Sequence record: PQ493298
DNA length: 64,000 nucleotides
Origin: Escherichia phage EPIMAM01
Strand: one strand, 5' to 3'
The notes under the pieces were generated by a model that was not told the DNA's origin, did no database searches, and was given only the letters and a program-made list of their open reading frames with translations. Position numbers and translations under genes: made by a program. Below, in pieces: positions 43,219 through 53,562 of the stretch. Positions within the stretch are counted from its first letter, which is position 1. The number at the start of each line of letters is the position of its first letter.

Positions 43219-43553
43219 AGTAGAAAATCTAATGTATTAGTTTTTTCACAACGAACAACAGAAGGACGTAAAAGATTTTCGTCAATAGCTTCTGACTGAA
43301 TTTTTTCAATTATACCCGAAGGAATAAATTTAGCAAATTGAGTTTCAGGAATAGAATTTTCTTCTAAGAATGCTGTTGTAGCTTCAAGATAACTCATTCC
43401 AAACTCTTCTACCATTTTTTCAATAATAAATCCATTTTCTTGGCGGTCAAGAAGCTTTGCAATTTCATCCTTTTCTTTCTTAATTGAAAGTTCTTTTTCT
43501 GAAAGACCGGTCTCATCGACCGGACGAATATCATTTAGAGAAAACTGTGTCAT
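43215..43553 (-). CDS. 33: gp33 late-transcription co-activator
   Basis: 112 aa from ATG 43553 (MTQFSLNDIRPVDETGLSEKE...); ORF-track start 43562 is TTG. Confidence 0.85.
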   Translation of the reverse strand: MTQFSLNDIRPVDETGLSEKELSIKKEKDEIAKLLDRQENGFIIEKMVEEFGMSYLEATTAFLEENSIPETQFAKFIPSGIIEKIQSEAIDENLLRPSVVRCEKTNTLDFLL

Positions 43554-43800
43554 AAAGTTCAACTACCTCTTCAGTTTCAGCTTCAAACACATCACGGTTA
43601 TCTTTATGATACAAAGCTAACAGGCGATTAAACATCTTACCATCAACACCAAGTTCATCTTTGGCGCGAATTCGAATATCTTTAATCAATTCATTATAAC
43701 CAGAAATTTTCAGTTTATGATCAGATGCTTCTTTAATAAATTTAGCCAAGTCTTCGCCATGAATAGCTTCATCAAATTCAACCATTTCTTTTTTAGCCAT
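43531..43800 (-). CDS. dsbA: DsbA double-stranded DNA-binding protein
   Basis: 89 aa, T4 DsbA length; synteny. Confidence 0.8.
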   Translation of the reverse strand: MAKKEMVEFDEAIHGEDLAKFIKEASDHKLKISGYNELIKDIRIRAKDELGVDGKMFNRLLALYHKDNRDVFEAETEEVVELYDTVFSK

Positions 43801-43808
43801 TATTCACC

Positions 43809-44726
43809 TCAAAATTCATTAATGCTATTAGTTAATTTAGAAAGACCCGCTTTTACAAAATATGAATAAATTTTGCCACGCGGTGGTAATTTATATGAAT
43901 TATAGTAATTCACAATGTTTGAAGCAATATTATCAGGAATATAATCAAAATCAATTAGAACTAAATTTTCTTTATATCGATTATATTCAGATTCAGTGAG
44001 AAGCACCTTAGCTTGCTCGCGGTCATTAGCAATAGCTTCAACAATAGAGGTTTTCATTGAAGGAGTTCGTTCACCTTCAACTCTGGTAAACCAAAAGTCA
44101 GATCGTACTTTAACTGAAGCAACGTTATCCTTTTTGTCGCCTTTAAGGATTTTAGTCATACAGTCAATTTCAGCAGAACCGCTTTTAATTTTAACCCATT
44201 TCTTGTGCATCGGTGACCATTGCTTAACATTTGGGTATTTGTGAAGTTGAGTAAAGTCACCATCCGACGAAATGATTAAAATCTTGTGTCCTTCTAAAGA
44301 GAACTTTTTAACAAGAACAGCGATATGGTCATCTGCTTCATACTTATCAATATCCATAACGATGTATGGCATATAAGCTTTCAATTCATCTATAACTTTA
44401 TGACTGGATTCAAAATAACCTTCCCAGTCCCAAGTAGATTCTTCTCGTGCTTTTCCACGGTTTTTCTTATAATAATAAGCGAAATCACGACGCCAGTATC
44501 CAGATTTCGCGTTATCAATACACAATACAATTTTAGTGTATCCAAGAGTTTTTGCTTTTTTAACATTGAACTTAATTGAGTTCAATATCAAATGACGAAC
44601 CATTGATAAATTAATTTTTTCTTTATCTGGGAAGTTTACCAGAGCAGTTGAAAGCGCAATCTGACTAAAGTCAATTAAGCAAATTCCTTCTTTGTAATCT
44701 TCATCCAGCATCATTTCTAAATCCAT
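43809..44726 (-). CDS. rnh: RNase H (5'-3' exonuclease, FEN-1 family)
   Basis: 305 aa from ATG 44726 (MDLEMMLDEDYKEGICLIDFSQIALST...), matching recalled T4 RNase H. Confidence 0.93.
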   Translation of the reverse strand: MDLEMMLDEDYKEGICLIDFSQIALSTALVNFPDKEKINLSMVRHLILNSIKFNVKKAKTLGYTKIVLCIDNAKSGYWRRDFAYYYKKNRGKAREESTWDWEGYFESSHKVIDELKAYMPYIVMDIDKYEADDHIAVLVKKFSLEGHKILIISSDGDFTQLHKYPNVKQWSPMHKKWVKIKSGSAEIDCMTKILKGDKKDNVASVKVRSDFWFTRVEGERTPSMKTSIVEAIANDREQAKVLLTESEYNRYKENLVLIDFDYIPDNIASNIVNYYNSYKLPPRGKIYSYFVKAGLSKLTNSINEF

Positions 44727-44788
44727 ATGAACCTCGTTCAATTAGTGAGATTTCTATTATATACTATCTAAATCTTAAAGTAAACAAG

Positions 44789-44796
44789 TATAAATA
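44789..44796 (+). promoter_or_regulatory. T4 late promoter TATAAATA for gene 34
   Basis: exact TATAAATA about 35 nt upstream of gp34 ATG. Confidence 0.65.
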
Positions 44797-44830
44797 CTTA
44801 TTATTGAAAACACAATAGGAGCCCGGGAGA

Positions 44831-47800
44831 ATGGCCGAGATTAAAAGAAAGTTCAGAGCAGAAGATGGTCTGGACGCAGGTGGCGATAAAATAATCAACG
44901 TAGCTTTAGCTGATCGTACCGTAGGAACTGACGGTGTTAACGTTGATTACTTAATTCAAGAAAACACAGTTCAACAATATGATCCAACTCGTGGATATTT
45001 AAAAGATTTTGTAATCATTTATAATAATCGTTTTTGGGCAGCAACGGATAATATTCCAAAACCTGCTGGAAGTTTTAATAGAATTCGTTGGAAAGCATTA
45101 CGTACTGATGCTGTATATACAACCGTATCATCTGGACCGTATCAATTAAAATCCGGAGAAGCAATTTCAGTAGATACATCAGTTGGTAATGACATTGAGT
45201 TTACTTTACCACCTTCTCCGCTCGATGGAGAAACAGTAATAATTCAAGATATCGGTGGAAAACCTGGTATAAATCAGGTTAAAATAAGTTCTTCAAATCA
45301 GAGCATTGTTAATTTTAGAGGTGAACAAGTACGTTCAGTTTTAATGACTCATCCAAAGTCACAGATGATATTCATTTTTAATAATCGTTTGTGGCAAATG
45401 TATGTTGCTGATTATAGCAGAGAAGCTGCAATTGTTACTCCATCGACTGCATATCAAGCACAATCTAATGATTTTATCGTGCGTAGATTTACTTCCGCAG
45501 CGCCGATTAATATTAAACTTCCGAGATTTGCTAATCATGGCGATATTATTAATTTCGTTGATTTAGATAAATTAAATCCACTTTATCATACAATTGTCAC
45601 GACATATGATGAAACAACTTCAGTACAAGAAGTTGGAACTCATTCCATTGAAGGCCGTACATCGATTGACGGTTTCTTGATGTTTGATGATAGTGAAAAA
45701 TTATGGAGATTGTTTGACGGGGATAGTAAAGCACGTTTACGCATTATAACGACTAATTCAAACATTCGTCCAAATGAAGAAGTTATGGTATTTGGTGCGA
45801 ATAATGGAACAACTCAAACAATTGAGCTTCAGCTTCCAACTAATATTTCTGTTGGTGATACTGTTAAAATTTCCATGAATTACATGAGAAAAGGACAAAC
45901 AGTTAAAATCAAAGCTGCCGGTGAAGATAAAATTGCTTCTTCAGTTCAATTGCTGCAATTCCCAAAACGCTCAGAATATCCACCTGAAGCTGAATGGGTG
46001 ACTGTTCAAGAATTAGTTTTTAACGGTGAAACTAATTATGTTCCAGTTTTACAGCTTGCTTATATTGAAGATTCTGACGGAAAATACTGGGTTGTACAGC
46101 AAAACGTTCCAACTGTTGAAAGAGTCGATTCTTTAAATAATTCTACTAGAGCAAGATTAGGCGTAATTGCTTTAGCTACACAAGCCCAAGCTAACGTCGA
46201 TTTAGAAAATTCTCCACAAAAAGAATTAGCAATTACTCCAGAAACATTAGCTAACCGTACTGCTACAGAAACTCGTAGAGGTATCGCAAGAATAGCAACT
46301 ACTGCTCAAGTAAATCAGAACACTACATTCTCTTTTGCTGATGACCTTATCATCACTCCTAAAAAGCTGAATGAAAGAACTGCTACAGAAACTCGCAGAG
46401 GTGTTGCTGAAATTGCTACGCAGCAGGAAACTAATACAGGTACTGATGATACTACAATCATCACTCCTAAAAAGCTTCAAGCTCGTCAAGGTTCTGAAAC
46501 ATTATCGGGTATTGTAACTTTTGTATCTACCGCAGGAGCTACTCCAGCCTCTAGTCGTGAATTAAATGGTACAAATGTTTATAATAAAAATACTAATAAT
46601 TTAGTTGTTTCGCCTAAAGCACTGGATCAGTATAAAGCTACTCCAACGCAACAAGGTGCAGTAATTTTAGCAGTTGAAAGTGAAGTAATTGCTGGACAAA
46701 GCCAAGAAGGATGGGCAAATGCGGTTGTAACACCAGAAACGTTACATAAAAAGACATCAACTGATGGAAGAATTGGTTTAATTGAAATTGCTACGCAAAG
46801 CGAAGTTAATACAGGAACTGATTATACTCGCGCAGTCACTCCTAAAACTTTAAATGACCGTAGAGCAACTGAAAGTTTAAGTGGTATAGCTGAAATTGCT
46901 ACGCAAGTTGAATTCGACGCAGGCGTCGACGATACTCGTATCTCTACACCATTAAAAATTAAAACTAGATTTAATAGTACTGATCGTACTTCTGTTGTTG
47001 CTCTATCTGGATTAGTTGAATCAGGAACTCTCTGGGACCATTATACCCTTAATATTCTTGAAGCAAATGAGACACAACGTGGTACACTTCGTGTAGCTAC
47101 ACAAGTTGAAGCTGCTGCAGGAAAATTAGATAATGTTTTAATAACTCCTAAAAAGCTTTTAGGTACTAAATCTACCGAATCGCAAGAAGGTGTTATTAAA
47201 GTTGCAACTCAGTCTGAAACCGTGACTGGAACGTCAGCAAATACTGCTGTATCTCCAAAAAATTTAAAATGGATTGTGCAGAGTGAACCTACTTGGGCAG
47301 CCACTCCAGCCATAAGAGGATTTGTTAAAACTTCATCCGGTTCAATTACATTCGTTGGTAATGATACAGCTGGTTCTACGCAGGACTTAGAGCTATACGA
47401 GAAAAATAGTTATGCAGTATCACCATATGAATTAAACCGTGTATTAGCAAATTATTTGCCGTTAAAAGCAAAAGCTGCTGACGCAAATTTATTAGATGGT
47501 CTAGATTCATCTCAGTTCATTCGTAGGGATATTGCCCAGACAGTTAATGGTTCACTAACCTTAACCAAACAAACGAACCTGAGTGCCCCTCTTGTATCAT
47601 CTAGTACTGCTACGTTTGGTGGATCAGTTTCAGCAAATAGTACACTAACTATTTCTAATACTGGAACGGCAACTCAATTAATTTTTGAGAAAGGACCTCA
47701 AACTGGAACAAACCCGACTCAAACAATGACTGTAAAAGTGTGGGGAAATCAATTTAGCGGGGAGTCAGACACAACACGTTCTACTGTATTTGAAGTTAGT

Positions 47801-48700
47801 GATGAAACTTCTAGTCATTTTTATTCTCAGCGTAATAAAGCTGGTAATATAACATTTAATATCAACGGTACAGTAACACCGATAAATGTGAATGCTTCAG
47901 GAACATTGAATGCGAATGGCGTTGCAACATTTGGTAATTCAGTCACTGCAACTGGTGAAATTATTTCTCGAAGCGCAAATGCTTTCCGTGCTATTAATGG
48001 AAATTACGGTTTCATTATTCGTAATGACGGGTCAGTAACGAATTTTATGCTTACTGCATCAGGCAATCAAACTGGTGGATTTAATGGATTGCGTCCATTG
48101 TCCATTAATAATCAATCTGGGCAGGTCACAATTGGTGAAAGCTTGATCATTGCTAAAGGTGCTACTATAAATTCAGGTGGTTTAACTGTTAACTCGAGAA
48201 TTCGTTCTCAAGGTGTTAAAACATCTGATTTATATACCCGTGCGCCGACATCTGATACTGTAGGATTCTGGTCAATCGATATTAATGATTCAGCCACTTA
48301 TAACCAGTTCCCGGGTTATTTTAAAATGGTTGAAAAAACTAATGAAGTTACTGGACTTCCATACTTAGAACGTGGCGAAGAAGTTAAATCTCCTGGTACA
48401 TTGACTCAGTTTGGTAACACACTTGATTCACTTTACCAAGATTGGATTACTTATCCAACGACTCCAGAAGCACGTACCACTCGCTGGACACGTACATGGC
48501 AAAAAACTAAAAACTCTTGGTCAAGTTTTGTTCAGGTATTTGATGGAGGTAACCCTCCTCAACCTTCGGATATAGGAGCAATTCCATCTGATAATGGAAT
48601 AATAGGTAATCTTACTATTCGTGATTTCTTACGAATTGGTAATGTTCGCATTATTCCTGACCCAGTGAATAAAACTGTTAAATTTGAATGGGTTGAATAA
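44831..48700 (+). CDS. 34: long tail fibre proximal subunit gp34
   Basis: 1289 aa, T4 gp34 length; repetitive beta-rich fibre sequence. Confidence 0.93.
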   Translation: MAEIKRKFRAEDGLDAGGDKIINVALADRTVGTDGVNVDYLIQENTVQQYDPTRGYLKDFVIIYNNRFWAATDNIPKPAGSFNRIRWKALRTDAVYTTVSSGPYQLKSGEAISVDTSVGNDIEFTLPPSPLDGETVIIQDIGGKPGINQVKISSSNQSIVNFRGEQVRSVLMTHPKSQMIFIFNNRLWQMYVADYSREAAIVTPSTAYQAQSNDFIVRRFTSAAPINIKLPRFANHGDIINFVDLDKLNPLYHTIVTTYDETTSVQEVGTHSIEGRTSIDGFLMFDDSEKLWRLFDGDSKARLRIITTNSNIRPNEEVMVFGANNGTTQTIELQLPTNISVGDTVKISMNYMRKGQTVKIKAAGEDKIASSVQLLQFPKRSEYPPEAEWVTVQELVFNGETNYVPVLQLAYIEDSDGKYWVVQQNVPTVERVDSLNNSTRARLGVIALATQAQANVDLENSPQKELAITPETLANRTATETRRGIARIATTAQVNQNTTFSFADDLIITPKKLNERTATETRRGVAEIATQQETNTGTDDTTIITPKKLQARQGSETLSGIVTFVSTAGATPASSRELNGTNVYNKNTNNLVVSPKALDQYKATPTQQGAVILAVESEVIAGQSQEGWANAVVTPETLHKKTSTDGRIGLIEIATQSEVNTGTDYTRAVTPKTLNDRRATESLSGIAEIATQVEFDAGVDDTRISTPLKIKTRFNSTDRTSVVALSGLVESGTLWDHYTLNILEANETQRGTLRVATQVEAAAGKLDNVLITPKKLLGTKSTESQEGVIKVATQSETVTGTSANTAVSPKNLKWIVQSEPTWAATPAIRGFVKTSSGSITFVGNDTAGSTQDLELYEKNSYAVSPYELNRVLANYLPLKAKAADANLLDGLDSSQFIRRDIAQTVNGSLTLTKQTNLSAPLVSSSTATFGGSVSANSTLTISNTGTATQLIFEKGPQTGTNPTQTMTVKVWGNQFSGESDTTRSTVFEVSDETSSHFYSQRNKAGNITFNINGTVTPINVNASGTLNANGVATFGNSVTATGEIISRSANAFRAINGNYGFIIRNDGSVTNFMLTASGNQTGGFNGLRPLSINNQSGQVTIGESLIIAKGATINSGGLTVNSRIRSQGVKTSDLYTRAPTSDTVGFWSIDINDSATYNQFPGYFKMVEKTNEVTGLPYLERGEEVKSPGTLTQFGNTLDSLYQDWITYPTTPEARTTRWTRTWQKTKNSWSSFVQVFDGGNPPQPSDIGAIPSDNGIIGNLTIRDFLRIGNVRIIPDPVNKTVKFEWVE

Positions 48701-48708
48701 GAGGTATT

Positions 48709-49824
48709 ATGGAAAAATTTATGGCAGAGTTTGGACAAGGATATGTCCAAACGCCATTTTTATCGGAAAGCAATTCAGTAAGATATAAAATAAGCATAGC
48801 GGGCTCTTGCCCGCTTTCTACTGCAGAGCCATATGTTAAATTTCAGGATAATCCCGTTGGAAATCAAACATTTAGTGCAGGTCTTCATTTAAGAGTTTTT
48901 GACCCTTCTACGGGAGCATTAGTTGATAGTAAGTCATATGCTTTTTCTGCTTCAAACAATACAACATCTGCCGCTTTTGTCAGTTTTATGAATTCTTTGT
49001 CAAACAATAGACTTGTTGCTATATTAACTAGCGGAAAGGTTAATTTTCCTCCTGAAGTGGTATCTTGGTTAAGGGGAGCAGGAACTTCAGTTTTTCCATC
49101 AGATTCAGTATTGTCAAGATTTGACGTATCATATGCTGCTTTTTATACTTCTTCTAAAAGAGCTATTGCATTAGAGCATGTTAAACTAAGTAATAGAAAA
49201 AGCACAGATGATTATCAAACTATTTTAGATGTTGTATTTGATAGTTTAGAAGACGTCGGAGCTACGGGATTTCCTAAAAGAACATATGAAAGTGTCGAGC
49301 AATTTATGTCAGCGGTTGGTGGAACTAACAACGAAATTGCGCGATTGCCAACTTCAGCTGCTATAAGTAAACTATCTGATTATAATTTAATTCCTGGTGA
49401 TGTTCTTTATCTTAAAGCACAGTTATATGCTGATGCTGATTTACTTGATCTTGGAACTACAAATATATCTATCCGTTTTTATAATGCATCAAATGGATAT
49501 ATTTCTTCAACACAGGCTGAGTTTACTGGGCAAGCTGGGTCATGGGAATTAAAGGAAGATTATGTAGTTGTTCCTGAAAATGCAGTCGGATTTACTATAT
49601 ATGCGCAGAGAACTGCTCAAGCTGGTCAAGGCGGACTGAGGAATTTAAGCTTTTCTGAAGTATCAAGAAATGGCGGCATTTCAAAACCTGCCGAATTTGG
49701 CGTCAACGGTATTCGCGTTAATTATGTCTGTGAATCGGCTTCACCTCCAGATATAATGGTACTTCCTACACAAGCCTCTTCTAAAACTGGCAAAGTGTTT
49801 GGGCAAGAATTTAGAGAAGTTTAA
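48709..49824 (+). CDS. 35: long tail fibre hinge (knee) protein gp35
   Basis: 371 aa; synteny. Confidence 0.88.
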   Translation: MEKFMAEFGQGYVQTPFLSESNSVRYKISIAGSCPLSTAEPYVKFQDNPVGNQTFSAGLHLRVFDPSTGALVDSKSYAFSASNNTTSAAFVSFMNSLSNNRLVAILTSGKVNFPPEVVSWLRGAGTSVFPSDSVLSRFDVSYAAFYTSSKRAIALEHVKLSNRKSTDDYQTILDVVFDSLEDVGATGFPKRTYESVEQFMSAVGGTNNEIARLPTSAAISKLSDYNLIPGDVLYLKAQLYADADLLDLGTTNISIRFYNASNGYISSTQAEFTGQAGSWELKEDYVVVPENAVGFTIYAQRTAQAGQGGLRNLSFSEVSRNGGISKPAEFGVNGIRVNYVCESASPPDIMVLPTQASSKTGKVFGQEFREV

Positions 49825-49829
49825 ACTGA

Positions 49830-49847
49830 GGGAGCCTTCGGGTTCCC
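49830..49847 (+). terminator. terminator hairpin after gene 35
   Basis: GGGAGCC-TTCG-GGTTCCC followed by TTTTT. Confidence 0.65.
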
Positions 49848-49855
49848 TTTTTCTT

Positions 49856-49863
49856 TATAAATA
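49856..49863 (+). promoter_or_regulatory. T4 late promoter TATAAATA for genes 36-38
   Basis: exact TATAAATA 23 nt upstream of gp36 ATG. Confidence 0.65.
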
Positions 49864-49886
49864 ATATTAAAATAAAGGGGCATATA

Positions 49887-50537
49887 ATGGCTGATTTAAA
49901 AGTAGGTTCAACTGTGGGTGGATCTGTCATTTGGCATCAAGGAAATTTTCCATTGAATTCAGCCGGTGACGATGTACTCTACAAATCATTTAAAATATAT
50001 TCAGAATATAATAAACCACAGGCAGCTGATAACGATTTCGTTTCTAAAGCTAATGGTGGTACTTACACCGGTCCAATTACTATTAATTACGGGGTAAATA
50101 GTTATCTTCAATTAAGTAATAATGAAACCCCCATTCGAATTCGTTCTGGTGGCGGTACCGGCAATACTCTTGTAGTTGGCGGCTCTTCTGGCGGTATTAG
50201 TTTTAGACCTGCAGGTAGTGAAATCACTACTGGACAAATTACTATTACGCCAGAAGGTTTGACAACATTTACCAGGGCTGTAACGGCTCCATCTGTAACT
50301 GTTACATCTACTCCTTCAGCAGCATCTGATGTTACTCGTAAAGATTATGTCGATGGAGCAATAAATACTGTTACGGCAAATGCGAATTCTAGAGTTTTGC
50401 GTAAAGGTGACACCATGACAGGTAATTTAACAGCGCCAAACTTTTTCTCGCAGAATCCTGCATCTCAACCCTCGCATGTTCCACGATTTGACCAAATCGT
50501 GATTAAGGATTCTGTTCAAGATTTCGGCTATTATTAA
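49887..50537 (+). CDS. 36: long tail fibre distal subunit gp36
   Basis: 216 aa; synteny. Confidence 0.88.
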   Translation: MADLKVGSTVGGSVIWHQGNFPLNSAGDDVLYKSFKIYSEYNKPQAADNDFVSKANGGTYTGPITINYGVNSYLQLSNNETPIRIRSGGGTGNTLVVGGSSGGISFRPAGSEITTGQITITPEGLTTFTRAVTAPSVTVTSTPSAASDVTRKDYVDGAINTVTANANSRVLRKGDTMTGNLTAPNFFSQNPASQPSHVPRFDQIVIKDSVQDFGYY

Positions 50538-50545
50538 GAGGACTT

Positions 50546-53530
50546 ATGGCTACTTTAAAACAAATACAATTTAAAAGAAGCAAAACTGCAGGTCAACGTC
50601 CTGCTGCTTCAGTATTAGCCGAAGGTGAATTGGCTATTAATTTAAAAGATAAAACAATTTTCACAAAAGATGACTCAGGCAGTGTTATAGAATTAGGTTT
50701 AAAATATGGAGGAACAATTGATGGTTCTTTAACTGTTAATGGAAGTATAATTGGAAATTTAACAGGTAACGCTGCAACTGCAACGAAATTGCAAACACCT
50801 AGGAAAATTAATGGTATATCTTTTGATGGGTCAAAGGACATTACCTTAACTCCATCTGACATAAATGTCAATAGCACAACGTTTATAAAAAATAACGGCG
50901 AATTACCGGTTGATGCTAATTTAGATGAGTATGGGCCTGTTGAAGAATATCTTGGAGTTTGGTCGAAAGAAACTTCAACCAACGCTCAACCAGCAAATAA
51001 ATTTCCAGAAGAAAATGCTGTAGGTGTGCTAGAAGTATTTGTGGCCGGTCAATTTGCTGGTACTCAGAGATATACAACCAGATACGGAAATGTTTATATT
51101 CGTTCCTTGACTGCTACATGGAACGGAGTAAATGGTCCGTGGAGTGTGTGGCGAAATATTCAATCCGGTACTCGTCCACTGTCAACAACAATTGATCTTA
51201 ATGATCTAGGAGGTGCTGAACACTTTGGCTTGTGGAGGAATAGTTCAAATTCCATTGCTACCTTTGACAGAAATTTCCCAGAAGAGGGGTCGTCCGCTCA
51301 AGGTCTTTTGGAAGTATATGAAGGTGGAAACTATTCTCGTACGCAAAGATATACAACCAGATTTGGTGTTGTTTATACTCGCTGTCTTACTGCTGCGTGG
51401 AATGCTTCTGCGCCTAAATGGGGACCGTGGCAACAAGTCGGTAATGTCACACCGGCGACTTTCTATGACGGAGACCTGAATGATTTTAAAACTCCTGGGT
51501 TATATAATATTTTAGGTACTGATGCCGTTATTAACTGTCCTACAGGTGAAGGTTTACCAGCCGTTATTGTTGGTTTGCTGGAAGTTAAACAGCGTGCTTC
51601 TGGTGGTGCTATTTTCCAAAAATTTACTACTGCCGGAACAGGTACAACTACTCGCGGACGTATTTTTGAGCGTGCATACACTAATGGTGTTTGGGGTACA
51701 TGGAACGAAGTATATACATCTTATTCTCTGCCAATTACTTTGGGTATGGGTGGTATTAAAGCTCAATTAGCGGAGTTAGATTGGCAAGCCTTTGATTTTG
51801 TCCCTGGTAGTATGTTTAGCGTTCCTTTGAATAAAATAAAGAACATGCCAGCAAATATGGATTGGGGGACGATTGATGGAAACTTGGTTATGTTTTCTGT
51901 CGGTCCTAGCGAACATACTAGCACAGGGCGTACTGTTCAGGTTTGGCGTGGTACTGTATCCCAGACAAACTACCGTTATTTTGTCGTTCGTGTATTCGGT
52001 AATTCAGGAAATAGAACTTGCACAGTTCGTCGTGTTGTTCTTGAAGATGGTCGCCACAAATGGACAGCGCAGCAAGATTTTAATGGCGCAGTTAACTTCG
52101 GTGCTCCTACCAATTTTAACTCTACTGTTAACCTTAATAACACTACCACTTTTAAAACAGAAGTTAAATTCCGCTCATTGAATGCATTTAAAATGTACGG
52201 CGGTAAGTTTGGCGCAATTTTCCGTAATGATGGAGAGAGTCTTTATATTCTTTCCACCGACGAAGATGATCAAGATGGAAACTTTAATACAAATAGACCT
52301 TTCCGTTATGAATTGAGAACTGGTGATGTTACTTTAGGTGGTACTAGTGGTGCTAACGTTTTAAAATTAAAACGTGATTCTCTCACCGCATTTTTTGGTG
52401 GTGATATTAATATAAAAGGCTTGATGACTTTTGACGCTGGACGTTTAGGATCACGAGATTATTTTAAATTTAACCATTGGGGTGATAGTAATAATGCGCG
52501 TGATAACATTATTCAGTTAGAAGACAGCAAAGGAGTTCATTTTTCTACTGAACGTACTTTAGCGACTGGTGCAATTAAAACTAAATTCTTTGGTGAAGTT
52601 GAATCCGATGGTAGATTGATTATTAAACGTCCGGGTGATTCTATTGTATTATCAGCACCTGCTAGTAATTCTTTGCATATTCGTGGTGACGTAGACGGGA
52701 CTAATAACTGGTATATTGGTAAGGGTGGTGATGATAATGGATTAGCGTTCTATAGTTATGCTACTAATGCTGGTGTATACATTACAAACGCAGGAGATAT
52801 CACGCTAAGTCCAAAAGGCGTCGAAATGGCTCATGTTAATAACGTTCGATTATATGTTCATGGTGAACGTTGGACCGCTAGTCAACCAGGTGATTGGGGC
52901 AACCAATGGCGAGTAGAAGCGCCAATATTCGTCGATCATGGTTATGTTGGACCAGATAGTTATTATCCAATTATTAAAGGAAGAAGTGTAGTCACCAATC
53001 AAGGGTTTGTAACTGCCGTCGATCTTGGTATTCGTCGTATCCCTAATAATTGGGGACAAGCAATTATTCGTGTTGGATCTGCGGAGGCTTCTCCTGATGC
53101 TGGTCATCCTAACGCGATATTCGAGTTCCACTATGATGGGTTCTTTTATGCACCAGGAAATGGAAGTTTTAATGATGTGTATATTCGTTCCGATGGTCGT
53201 CTTAAGATTAATAAAAAAGAGCTAGAAAACGGAGCGGTTGAAAAAGTTTGCCGACTGAAAGTTTATACTTACGATAAAGTTAAGTCTATTAAAGACCGTA
53301 GTGTTATTAAACATGAAGTTGGTATTATTGCGCAGGATCTTGAAAAGGAATTGCCAGAAGCTGTATCTAAAGTTGAAGTTGATGGATCTGATGTTCTGAC
53401 AATTTCTAACTCTGCTGTGAATGCTCTTTTAATTAAGGCCATTCAGGAAATGAGCGAAGAAATTAAAGAATTGAAAACACCTTTCTTCACTAAAATTGCT
53501 CGTAAAATTAGCAATTATTTTAAATTCTAA
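50546..53530 (+). CDS. 37: long tail fibre distal subunit gp37 with C-terminal intramolecular chaperone domain
   Basis: 994 aa; N-terminus [42 protein letters not shown] (gp37 and gp12 share this); C-terminal [16 protein letters not shown] fits the S74-type autoproteolytic chaperone motif. Confidence 0.9.
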   Translation: MATLKQIQFKRSKTAGQRPAASVLAEGELAINLKDKTIFTKDDSGSVIELGLKYGGTIDGSLTVNGSIIGNLTGNAATATKLQTPRKINGISFDGSKDITLTPSDINVNSTTFIKNNGELPVDANLDEYGPVEEYLGVWSKETSTNAQPANKFPEENAVGVLEVFVAGQFAGTQRYTTRYGNVYIRSLTATWNGVNGPWSVWRNIQSGTRPLSTTIDLNDLGGAEHFGLWRNSSNSIATFDRNFPEEGSSAQGLLEVYEGGNYSRTQRYTTRFGVVYTRCLTAAWNASAPKWGPWQQVGNVTPATFYDGDLNDFKTPGLYNILGTDAVINCPTGEGLPAVIVGLLEVKQRASGGAIFQKFTTAGTGTTTRGRIFERAYTNGVWGTWNEVYTSYSLPITLGMGGIKAQLAELDWQAFDFVPGSMFSVPLNKIKNMPANMDWGTIDGNLVMFSVGPSEHTSTGRTVQVWRGTVSQTNYRYFVVRVFGNSGNRTCTVRRVVLEDGRHKWTAQQDFNGAVNFGAPTNFNSTVNLNNTTTFKTEVKFRSLNAFKMYGGKFGAIFRNDGESLYILSTDEDDQDGNFNTNRPFRYELRTGDVTLGGTSGANVLKLKRDSLTAFFGGDINIKGLMTFDAGRLGSRDYFKFNHWGDSNNARDNIIQLEDSKGVHFSTERTLATGAIKTKFFGEVESDGRLIIKRPGDSIVLSAPASNSLHIRGDVDGTNNWYIGKGGDDNGLAFYSYATNAGVYITNAGDITLSPKGVEMAHVNNVRLYVHGERWTASQPGDWGNQWRVEAPIFVDHGYVGPDSYYPIIKGRSVVTNQGFVTAVDLGIRRIPNNWGQAIIRVGSAEASPDAGHPNAIFEFHYDGFFYAPGNGSFNDVYIRSDGRLKINKKELENGAVEKVCRLKVYTYDKVKSIKDRSVIKHEVGIIAQDLEKELPEAVSKVEVDGSDVLTISNSAVNALLIKAIQEMSEEIKELKTPFFTKIARKISNYFKF

Positions 53531-53536
53531 CAACAA

Positions 53537-53549
53537 GGGGCTTTGCCCC
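53537..53549 (+). terminator. hairpin after gene 37
   Basis: GGGGC-TTTG-CCCC followed by TTT; probably an attenuating structure since gene 38 follows. Confidence 0.4.
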
Positions 53550-53562
53550 TTTGGAGAAAATT

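Noticed and set aside
51213-53225. Multiple short ORFs in alternative frames and strands inside gene 37
   Set aside because: Embedded in a 994-codon tail-fibre gene; no independent signals.
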